From Candidatus Eiseniibacteriota bacterium (GTDB lineage Bacteria; Eisenbacteria; RBG-16-71-46; JABDJR01; JAWXBZ01): 17,138 nucleotides of DNA. This document shows positions 7,889 through 15,402 of this stretch, one piece after another (position 1 is the first letter of the stretch; each line of letters begins with the position of its first letter). The stretch covers positions 1 to 17,138 of the forward strand of contig JAWXBZ010000029.1 of assembly GCA_034440375.1 (NCBI GenBank). The letters are read 5' to 3'. A program made the translations under genes and the position numbers. Under the pieces are notes generated by a model. That model had not been told where the DNA came from. It worked only from the letters and a program-made list of their open reading frames with translations, and searched no databases.

Positions 7889-9283
7889 ATGAGTTCCTCC
7901 ACTTTCCGCCGGGCCCATGCCGGTCTCAAGCTCGAACTTCCGTCGATGCTCCGCCTGGCCGGCCCGGTCGTGGTCGCGGAACTCGGATGGATGGCGATGG
8001 GGCTGGTCGACATTGCCTTCGTGGGACGCCTCGGGCCGGCGGCACTGGGCGGCGTCTCGATCGGCAACTCGATCTTCATCGCAGTGGCGATCTTCGGTAT
8101 CGGGATGCTCTTCGGGCTCGATTATCTGGTGGCACACGCTCACGGCGGCGGCCGCCCCGACGAGGTCAACCGGTCGCTTCTCACGGGCGTCTACATGGCG
8201 CTCATTCTCTCGGCCGTACTCATGACGTTCCTGGTCCTCTTGCTGCCGCACCTCGGCCGGCTTGGGATCGGGGAGGATGTCCTGATTCATGCACGCCAAT
8301 TCCTCCTCCTGATCACGCTTGGCATGCCGCCCCTCCTCTTGTTCGTGGCGCTCCGTCGCTACCTGCAGGCGGTGGGATCGGTGACGTCGATCATGTTCGG
8401 CCTGCTGTCGGCCAACATACTGAACGCCGCGGTCGGCTATGCCCTGGTGTTCGGCAAGTGGGGGTTTCCGGCGTTGGGTGTGGCCGGAGCCGGATGGGCT
8501 ACCTGCGTCGCTCGCTTTTACCTTCTCTTCGTGGCCGTGGTGGCCATTCTGATCCGCGAAAAGAAAATGCCGACCGGCCTTTGGTCGACGCCACCGTCGC
8601 TGGAAAGGGCCCGGCTCACCCACCTCATGCAGCTCGGTTTGCCGGTGGCGATCCAGATCACGCTGGAAGTCGGCGTTTTCGCGGCGGCCACCATTTTGGC
8701 CGGACGACTCGGGACACTCCCCCTGGCGGCTCACCAGATCGCCCTGTCGATCGCGAGCGTAACCTTCATGGTGCCGCTTGGCATCTCGTCGGCGGGGGCG
8801 GTGCGTGTGGCACAGGCGCTGGGGGCAGGCAACCGGAGTCAGGCGGCCCGTTCCGGTTGGACGGCGATCGCAACAAGCGCGGCCTTCATGACGCTGTCGG
8901 GCCTCATCCTGGCCATGTTTCCGACGACGTTCATCGCGGTGTTTACCGACGACCCGGAGGTCATTCGGGTCGGCACGACTCTGTTGCGCGTCGCCGCGAT
9001 CTTCCAGCTCTTCGACGGACTGCAGGTGACAGCCAGCGGGGTACTGCGCGGCACCGGCGAGACGCGTCTGCCGATGCTGGTCAATCTCATCGGGCACTGG
9101 GCCATCGGCCTGCCGGTCGGTATCGGACTGGCCTTCCAGCTCGGACAGGGGATTACCGGGTTATGGAGCGGGCTTTGTCTTGGATTGATTGTGGTCGGGC
9201 TGGTGCTGCTGGCGGTGTGGCGGCGTCGAGCGGCGGGGTGGGGCGATCCTCAGGGCCGGCCAAAGGTGAGCGAAGCCCAGTAG
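7889..9283 (+). CDS. MATE family efflux transporter (NorM-like)
   Basis: About 12 hydrophobic segments; LAGPVVVAEL, VDIAFVGRLG...LGGV, FGKWGFPALGVAGAGWAT, LAAHQIAL, FQLFDGLQV...GVLRG.G.TR motifs. Start uncertain (7817, 7820 or 7889). Confidence 0.95.
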   Translation: MSSSTFRRAHAGLKLELPSMLRLAGPVVVAELGWMAMGLVDIAFVGRLGPAALGGVSIGNSIFIAVAIFGIGMLFGLDYLVAHAHGGGRPDEVNRSLLTGVYMALILSAVLMTFLVLLLPHLGRLGIGEDVLIHARQFLLLITLGMPPLLLFVALRRYLQAVGSVTSIMFGLLSANILNAAVGYALVFGKWGFPALGVAGAGWATCVARFYLLFVAVVAILIREKKMPTGLWSTPPSLERARLTHLMQLGLPVAIQITLEVGVFAAATILAGRLGTLPLAAHQIALSIASVTFMVPLGISSAGAVRVAQALGAGNRSQAARSGWTAIATSAAFMTLSGLILAMFPTTFIAVFTDDPEVIRVGTTLLRVAAIFQLFDGLQVTASGVLRGTGETRLPMLVNLIGHWAIGLPVGIGLAFQLGQGITGLWSGLCLGLIVVGLVLLAVWRRRAAGWGDPQGRPKVSEAQ

Positions 9284-10116
9284 CTTTCCCAGTCCGAACT
9301 GGCCTTGCGGGCCGGGATCATGGTGACGGCACCGATCAGCCATTCACCGGATCCTCTGAGCTGCAAGGTGGCCTCGCCCCGGGTGTCCGTTCGTGCTTCG
9401 GCCACCGGTCCCGTTGAATCCCGATCGGCACTCTGAAAGCCGCCGCCGTCACGGCCGAGCGGCGCGCGCCAGGCCCGGACGAGGAGCCCCGATTTCGGGT
9501 TGCCCTCGAACAGGAGCCGGACCTGAACCGATTCATTCCCGACAGGGTCGATCAGCGGAACGATCTCGAATGGAAGACCGACCGGGCGACTTACCCGGCC
9601 CGCGTCCGTGGTCCGGCCGGCGATCCAGGTCTTGGCGCATCGCCGGTAGCGTTCCTTCCCCATGACATTCGAGTGACCACGCTTTTGGCGGAGGCTCACC
9701 ACCTCGTCCAGCCCTTCGGACAGCAGGTAGGAATCGAAGCGCGCGGCCGGAAGGGTGAGCACGCTGTACTGCGACAGAAAGCTGATGACCATTCCGCTGT
9801 CATCCGGTGCCGTCACACGGGCGAAGTGGGAGTCGGCTTCGGCGGCGAGGGGAATCAGATTCGTCCGGTGATCGGTCGTGAGATCGAGCGCGGCCGTGCG
9901 TGAGTCGGCGTAGAGTTTGGGCTCGCCCCGAAAACCGGTGCCGACCCAGGCCGAGACGGCCACGCGCTCACCCCGGGTAACCCGGTAGTCAGTGGCGCTC
10001 AGCCAGTACTCGTGGGCCAGGGCCGCGGGGGCGCCGCATGCGCAGAGCAAGATGGACAGGAAGGCGACCGGCCCCCACGCGAAACGGGAGGCCGGTCGTC
10101 CGAAGTATCGAATCAT
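9250..10116 (-). CDS. DUF4198 domain secreted protein
   Basis: 288 aa. Signal peptide ending ALA followed by HEYWL; F.SYL..EGL, ERYRRCAKT, GLPFEIVP..DP, TD..G.A, G.WL..AV.M, DWESYWASLTF motifs typical of DUF4198. Confidence 0.88.
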   Translation of the reverse strand: MIRYFGRPASRFAWGPVAFLSILLCACGAPAALAHEYWLSATDYRVTRGERVAVSAWVGTGFRGEPKLYADSRTAALDLTTDHRTNLIPLAAEADSHFARVTAPDDSGMVISFLSQYSVLTLPAARFDSYLLSEGLDEVVSLRQKRGHSNVMGKERYRRCAKTWIAGRTTDAGRVSRPVGLPFEIVPLIDPVGNESVQVRLLFEGNPKSGLLVRAWRAPLGRDGGGFQSADRDSTGPVAEARTDTRGEATLQLRGSGEWLIGAVTMIPARKASSDWESYWASLTFGRP

Positions 10117-10127
10117 CGGGTGAAAGC

Positions 10128-11876
10128 TTACTCCATTACGATCTTGGTCGTGTCGACGACCCGTCCGCCAGCCACGAATCGGGCGAAGTAGAGTCCGGTG
10201 CCCGCACGGGCGCCCGAGTCGTCACGGCCATCCCACCGGGCGCTGAATTCGCCGGTGGCCGCATCCTGATCGATCAGGTTTCGGATCACGCGTCCCTGCA
10301 CATCAAATACCTTGAGCGTCACACGGGTCGGTTCCGTGACGGCGAAATTGAGGATCGCCGACCGGCCCGGACCGGAGGCCAGGGAGAGCGACGGTTCCCG
10401 GGTCGGGGCCGCGGTGCCGAGACCGGCATCGGGCGTGGCGGGAGCCATCTCGGACCATTCGGTTGATTGGTCCGATGATCCCGTCTTCAAACTGTTCGAC
10501 GAGCTGCCATTCTGGATGGCATGGCCGCGCCGATCGAGCGGATTGTGAGGCGGTGCCACGTACGGAAAGAAGGGTAGAAACGGCCGGTCGTTGACATCGA
10601 CGCCATCGCCGAGCTGGTTGTTCGGTGCAATGTTGTAGCCCGGCACGAGGACGCCCGCCACGACCCGTTCGGCGATGTCGACAACGTCATCCGTCAACCG
10701 TCGCCCGTTGGGGAATCCGGCCACGTCGCCGGCCAGGACGGCCAGGCGATTAGGTACAGCAGCCGGTGGGATGGCCATGTTGAGGCGGAGCATTTCACAG
10801 GGCGTCGAGCCGGGGATGTTATTGAGGGTCGAGACGCCGGTCAGGAAGACGGCCACGAGGTCATTGCGCGGCGCCGGCGGCACCGAGATGCCGTACAGGA
10901 GGTTGAGCAGGCCGGCCAGCTCGGGATTGAGAACATACGGCAGGAAGGCGCCGTCCCCGGTTGGCTTCGTGGCATTGAACCGATCCTTGTCCTGGAGCGG
11001 AATGACCACCTCGTTGACCAGCGGCATGCCGAGGCGCGACACCTGGACGTTGGGACCTGAGACGCTGACCGTGCCATCGCCGTTCAGGGTGCGTGTGGCG
11101 GGACGCTCAGCCGTATCATAAATACCGATGATGGAATTGCCGGAGCCTGGCGGAAGGCCGTCATTGGTGAGAAGGGTCATCGGGACCTGGATCGCGATGG
11201 TCAGACAGTTGTAGTTGCTGACGCCGTCCACGCCCTTCCCCTTGTTGCCGGGCACCTTACGGATGGTGAGCAGATCGAACACGGCACCCAGATCGACGAA
11301 GAAGGGGTCGTCGCGCGGCCCCATGAAGACCTTGGTGCCGTCGCCGAGCGTGGCCACGGCGGCACTGGCCAGCCCTTCATAGTCGGGCATCGAGACCGGA
11401 CCGACGTAGTTCGGCGCCACCATGAGGTCGGTGGCCAGCACGGTTTCCAGGCCGTTGTCGATGCGGGTGATCGTGCAGGTCTGATAGATGTTGAGGTCGG
11501 TATCACCGAGTGAGGTCACCGGTCCCGTGTTGTAAAGGAAGGTGGCGCCGTTTCGACGACGCGTCGTGAAATCAAACTCGTAGCGAATGTGGTCGAGGGC
11601 GTCACCGACGTTGTCGATGTTGATGTAGTAGTCGACGTCGTCATCGAAGCCGTAAAAATTGGGTCCGCCGTTGGGCTCGAGCAGAGGCACCCAGTTGCCA
11701 ACAATGGTGACCGAGCCCGGGGCGTCGGCTGCCACGAAGGCATACAGATCCGTGTCGTCGGCCAGTCGGTCCTTGCTCGTCCCGGGCGCTTCGCCATGGC
11801 TCGAAGCCAACACGATCGCCGGAGTGGTTCCGGTCAGGAGCAACAGAACTGCCGCGCCAGTGAGAGTGCGTTTCAT
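10128..11876 (-). CDS. DUF4331 domain secreted protein with C-terminal FlgD-Ig/T9SS-like sorting domain
   Basis: Signal peptide then SSHGEAP, D.TDLYAF, P.GGPNFY.F, GPRDDPFFVDLG.VFD, QVSRLGMPLVNEV, GFPNGRRLTDDVVDI, FPYVAPP. C-terminus VFDVQGRVIR...WDGRDDSG....GLYFARF. Start reassigned from 12623 to the ATG at 11876 (AAGGGG RBS). 582 aa. Confidence 0.9.
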   Translation of the reverse strand: MKRTLTGAAVLLLLTGTTPAIVLASSHGEAPGTSKDRLADDTDLYAFVAADAPGSVTIVGNWVPLLEPNGGPNFYGFDDDVDYYINIDNVGDALDHIRYEFDFTTRRRNGATFLYNTGPVTSLGDTDLNIYQTCTITRIDNGLETVLATDLMVAPNYVGPVSMPDYEGLASAAVATLGDGTKVFMGPRDDPFFVDLGAVFDLLTIRKVPGNKGKGVDGVSNYNCLTIAIQVPMTLLTNDGLPPGSGNSIIGIYDTAERPATRTLNGDGTVSVSGPNVQVSRLGMPLVNEVVIPLQDKDRFNATKPTGDGAFLPYVLNPELAGLLNLLYGISVPPAPRNDLVAVFLTGVSTLNNIPGSTPCEMLRLNMAIPPAAVPNRLAVLAGDVAGFPNGRRLTDDVVDIAERVVAGVLVPGYNIAPNNQLGDGVDVNDRPFLPFFPYVAPPHNPLDRRGHAIQNGSSSNSLKTGSSDQSTEWSEMAPATPDAGLGTAAPTREPSLSLASGPGRSAILNFAVTEPTRVTLKVFDVQGRVIRNLIDQDAATGEFSARWDGRDDSGARAGTGLYFARFVAGGRVVDTTKIVME

Positions 11877-12009
11877 GATGGTGTTTCCCCTTGTTGTCGA
11901 GATGGATTTCATCGGGTCCGACGCGGGAGATTCCCGACCGGGCCAGGCGTGTGGTGGACAAAAGCAGGAAGCTGGTCGGCCGTCCTGTTCCCACTCCGTC
12001 CGCCTCGGG

Positions 12010-12034
12010 TACGGCGGCCGGCTTGCTATGGATT
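12010..12034 (-). promoter_or_regulatory. Candidate ECF (SigK-like) promoter AATCC-N16-CGTA driving DUF4331-DUF4198
   Basis: Minus strand AATCC atagcaagccggccgc CGTA. Same motif and spacing as the copy upstream of the sigma gene. Confidence 0.7.
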
Positions 12035-12142
12035 GCACACCTCGCCGGGCGGGATGCCTGGTCCCGGCCACGTCCGGATCAGGCAGGTAATCGCCCTGAA
12101 TCTTCGAACAAGTTGGGCGATCCCACCTTTTTTTCACGGGGA

Positions 12143-12167
12143 AATCCAAAATCGGCGAAATCGCGTA
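12143..12167 (+). promoter_or_regulatory. Candidate autoregulatory ECF promoter AATCC-N16-CGTA for the sigma/anti-sigma operon
   Basis: Plus strand AATCC aaaatcggcgaaatcg CGTA, ending 27 nt before the GTG start. A T7 tract (12128-12134) upstream is UP-element-like. Confidence 0.7.
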
Positions 12168-12194
12168 TGCTTTGCGTGAACAGGAGGGGTTCGA

Positions 12195-12800
12195 GTGCTG
12201 AGATTTCGAACGGGAGATGAAGCGCCCCACGAGCTTGAGACCAAGCTCGTGGAGCGTCTGCGCGCCCGGGACTCCAGCGCCCTTTCGATGCTCTATGACC
12301 AGTATGGCGACCTCATTTATTCCATCGCCCGCCGAATCGTCAAATCTTCGGGAGATGCCGAGGAGGTGACGCAGGAGGTATTCCTCTATGCATGGGAAAA
12401 GGCCGATCGGTTCGATCCCTCCCGCGGCTCCCTCTTGACCTGGCTCGGCATCCTGGCCCGGAGCCGTGGCATCGACCGGCTGCGGCATCAAAAAAGCCAG
12501 GAACGGCGGAAGGATGCGCTCTCCCTGGATATGGCCACCGAGCCGCCGACACGGGAGAATGACCCTCACCGTGAACTCGACTTGATCGAGGCGCGTCAGC
12601 TGGTCCAGGAAGCGCTGGGCCAACTATCCCGGGAGCAGCGAGAGCCGATCGAAATTGCCTACTTTGAAGGGCTGACGCAATCCGAGATCGCGGACCGGCT
12701 CGAGAAACCGCTCGGCACCATCAAGACCCGCATGCGCCAGGGGATGATTCGGCTGCGCGAGGCCATGATGCCCCTGCTGGCGGAGGAGTCGTCGCGATGA
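12195..12800 (+). CDS. ECF RNA polymerase sigma factor, SigK-like
   Basis: 201 aa. Region 2: LYDQY, DAEEVTQEVF..AWEKADRFDPSRGS..TWL...ARSRGIDRLR. Region 4: EIAYFEGLTQSEIA..L..PLGTIKTRMR.G. AGGAGG RBS before GTG. Confidence 0.95.
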   Translation: MLRFRTGDEAPHELETKLVERLRARDSSALSMLYDQYGDLIYSIARRIVKSSGDAEEVTQEVFLYAWEKADRFDPSRGSLLTWLGILARSRGIDRLRHQKSQERRKDALSLDMATEPPTRENDPHRELDLIEARQLVQEALGQLSREQREPIEIAYFEGLTQSEIADRLEKPLGTIKTRMRQGMIRLREAMMPLLAEESSR

Positions 12801-13666
12801 CCGCCTCACGCCCGCACGATCACTATGAGGAGCTGGCCGCCGCCCACGTGCTCGGCGTCCTGGCTGAGCCCGAGCGAAGCGAGTTCCTGAACCATCTGGA
12901 GAGCGGTTGCCCGATCTGTCGCGTTGTTTACCCGCAGCTGACTGACGTGGCACATCTGCTCGTGCTTGGGACTGACTCAATGGTGTTGCCACCCGGCCTC
13001 AAGGCCCGTATCATGGCCGCGGCCGCCGCCAGTGCACCGCCGAAAGTGGAGGGCGTCTCCGCGCGCCGCACGGTGGCGCCGCACGACCCGCCCATCCGGC
13101 TGGTCACGCGATCTTCCGGCCGTGAGAGGCTTTTCGCCGGCCTTGCGTTGGCGGCTTCGCTGGCGTTCCTCGTGCTTGGCATCCGATCCATGTCCTGGCG
13201 ACAGGAGCGCGACCATGCCCGTCTTTCCGCCGAAGTGAACCAGACGGAACTGCTCCGCCTTCAAAACGAAATTCAGGGACTCGAACTGGCGCGCGCGGAA
13301 CAGGCGTCCCTGATCGATCTCCTGCAGAATCCGGGATCCGGACTGGTTACCTTGGCCTCGCTTGAACCGGCGCCCGGCGCGTCGGGCAAGGTCCTGTTTG
13401 ACCGGAACCTCGGGAAGGGGTATCTCTGGGTTTCAAATCTTCCGGTTGATACCGAGGGGAAGGATTACCAACTCTGGGCCATCCAGGGTGGTGCCCCGGT
13501 CAGCGCGGGCGTTTTCTCAGTGTCGGCCAATGGCTCCGCCGTCATACCGCTGGACAACGTCACGCCGGATACGCCGGTGGCGGCCTTCGCCATCACGCTG
13601 GAGCCGGCGGGCGGGCTCTCGGCCCCATCCGGACCGATGGTCCTGCTCGGCACCCCCGGCAGCTGA
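12797..13666 (+). CDS. Anti-sigma factor, RskA-like (N-terminal Cys/His motif, TM helix, RskA C-terminal domain)
   Basis: ATGA overlap with the sigma gene. EELAAAHVLGVL...E...F..HL..GC..C, PP.LKARIM, a TM helix, and a C-terminal DYQLWAI....PVSAGVF, FAITLEPAGG...PSGP. Confidence 0.92.
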   Translation: MTASRPHDHYEELAAAHVLGVLAEPERSEFLNHLESGCPICRVVYPQLTDVAHLLVLGTDSMVLPPGLKARIMAAAAASAPPKVEGVSARRTVAPHDPPIRLVTRSSGRERLFAGLALAASLAFLVLGIRSMSWRQERDHARLSAEVNQTELLRLQNEIQGLELARAEQASLIDLLQNPGSGLVTLASLEPAPGASGKVLFDRNLGKGYLWVSNLPVDTEGKDYQLWAIQGGAPVSAGVFSVSANGSAVIPLDNVTPDTPVAAFAITLEPAGGLSAPSGPMVLLGTPGS

Positions 13667-13683
13667 TCGCCCACTCGTCCCGG

Positions 13684-13692
13684 TGCTATCCT
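13684..13692 (+). promoter_or_regulatory. Possible extended -10 (TGcTATCCT) for ftcd
   Basis: TG-n-TATCCT about 50 nt upstream of the ATG at 13743; GGAGG upstream of the start. Confidence 0.3.
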
Positions 13693-13742
13693 GTCCGGCC
13701 TCTTTCGCATCCACATAACGAGGTCAGCGGAGGCTCGGTGCC

Positions 13743-15278
13743 ATGAAACCGATCGTCGAATGTGTTCCGAATTTCAGCGAGGGGCGGGATGCTGCCGTCC
13801 TCGATCAGATCGTTGCGGCCATGGTGGGTGTTCCGGGGATCATGCTCCTTGGCCGGGAGATGGACGCCAGCCACAACCGCTCGGTTGTTACCCTGGTGGG
13901 AGAAGGCGATGCGGTGGTCGAGGCCGCCTTCCAGGGTGCTGCTAAAGCACTTGATTTGATCGACCTGACCCGCCACCAGGGAGAGCATCCCCGGATGGGC
14001 GCCGTTGATGTGATTCCATTTGTGCCGGTCCGCGGCGCGACGATGGTTGATTGCGTCGACCTCGCCCGTCGGCTCGGTCGGCGGCTCGGCGAGGAGCTGA
14101 ATCTTCCGGTTTTCCTGTATGAGGAGGCGGCCACCCGTCCCGAGCGGAAAAACCTGGCGGATGTGCGCCGCGGCCAGTTCGAGGGGCTTCGGGACGCCAT
14201 CGGCAAGGATCCGGACCGGGCCCCCGACTTCGGGCCGCCCGCCGTTCATCCGACGGGCGGAGCGGTGGCGGTCGGGGCAAGGCCATTCCTGGTTGCCTAC
14301 AACGTTTACCTCGACACGCCGGATGTGCAGGTGGCCAAGAAAATTGCCGCGGCCATTCGAGGGGCGCACGGCGGACTTCAGTTTGTGAAGGCGCTCGGTT
14401 TCTTCATCGAGGAGCGCGGCCTGGCCCAGGTGTCGATGAACCTGGTGAATACGACCCGGACGCCGATCCACCGGGTCGTGGCGATGATCCGCTCGGAGGC
14501 CGCGCGATATGGCGTGGCGGTCCTTGAGTCGGAAATTGTCGGTCTCGTCCCGACGGACGCGCTGCTGGACGCGGCGGAGCACCACCTCCAATTGAACCGC
14601 TTTGAGCGGAGCCAGGTGCTGGAAACCAGGCTCCAGGAGCCCGAAAGGGGCGCTGGGGGCGCGCTCGACGTTTTCCTGGCAGACGTGGCTTCGGACAGGC
14701 CAACTCCGGGCGGCGGTAGTGTGGCCGCGCTGGCGGGCTCCCTGGCCGCGGCGCTTGGGGTCATGGTCGGTGGCCTCACCATAGGCCGAAAGAAGTACGC
14801 CGAGGTTTCCGAGACGATGGTCGAAACCCGCCGGCGACTCCAGTCAGCCCAGGCTGACCTGACCCGTTTTGTCATGGAAGACAGCCAGGCCTTCGAGGCT
14901 GTCCTGTCCGCCCGAAAAATGGCCGCCGCCACCGACCGCGAGATCGAAACCAGAGCCCGGACCCTGGCCATGGCGGAGGCGGAGGCGATTCGGGTGCCTT
15001 TCGAGACGGCCCGACGGGCCATGGCGGTGCTGGAGGACCTGGTCTTCGTGGCCGAAAAGGGAAACACGAACGCCATTACCGATGCCGGCGTCGCGGCCCT
15101 CCTGGCCCGGGCAGCCATCCAGGGGGCGCTCTGGAACGTCCGGGTCAACCTCGGGGCCGGAGCGGGTGGGGAAAATGTCACTGCCCAACTTTTCGAGTTG
15201 AAGTCTTTGACCCAGCGCGCCGATGACTTGGGCAGGAGAGTCGGACAGGTCGTGGAGGGCCATCTGGGTTCGGTCTAG
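13743..15278 (+). CDS. ftcd: Bifunctional glutamate formimidoyltransferase / formiminotetrahydrofolate cyclodeaminase
   Basis: 511 aa. FT domain: VECVPNFSEGR, D..HNRSV.T, GEHPRMGAVDVIPF, RRGQFEGL, PDFGP, GARPFLVAYN, QVSMNL, SEIVGLVP. CD domain: PTPGGGSVAAL.G, EDSQAF, GNTNAITDAGV, NVRVNL. Confidence 0.96.
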   Translation: MKPIVECVPNFSEGRDAAVLDQIVAAMVGVPGIMLLGREMDASHNRSVVTLVGEGDAVVEAAFQGAAKALDLIDLTRHQGEHPRMGAVDVIPFVPVRGATMVDCVDLARRLGRRLGEELNLPVFLYEEAATRPERKNLADVRRGQFEGLRDAIGKDPDRAPDFGPPAVHPTGGAVAVGARPFLVAYNVYLDTPDVQVAKKIAAAIRGAHGGLQFVKALGFFIEERGLAQVSMNLVNTTRTPIHRVVAMIRSEAARYGVAVLESEIVGLVPTDALLDAAEHHLQLNRFERSQVLETRLQEPERGAGGALDVFLADVASDRPTPGGGSVAALAGSLAAALGVMVGGLTIGRKKYAEVSETMVETRRRLQSAQADLTRFVMEDSQAFEAVLSARKMAAATDREIETRARTLAMAEAEAIRVPFETARRAMAVLEDLVFVAEKGNTNAITDAGVAALLARAAIQGALWNVRVNLGAGAGGENVTAQLFELKSLTQRADDLGRRVGQVVEGHLGSV

Positions 15279-15402
15279 CAACCGCTCCCAGTGCCGCTCG
15301 ACAACCGGAATGCGGACAATTGTCGCGCCCGGTTCCGGCTCCGCATCCACGTGGATTCCACACATCCGGCGCGGACCAGCGCCACAAGGAAGACGGGGAC
15401 CG

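Noticed and set aside
7855-9417. 520-aa alternative-frame ORF (and 7874-9097 on the minus strand)
   Set aside because: Arg/Gly/Pro-rich off-frame translation overlapping the clear MATE gene.
11886-11910. Third AAATCCA on the minus strand near the DUF4331 start
   Set aside because: No CGTA at the 16-nt spacing (it reads GAAA), so it is not counted as a promoter.
11877-12623. N-terminal 249 aa of the 831-aa track ORF, an apparent sigma-antisense fusion
   Set aside because: Overlaps the sigma gene and the promoter region. The RBS and signal peptide place the start at 11876.
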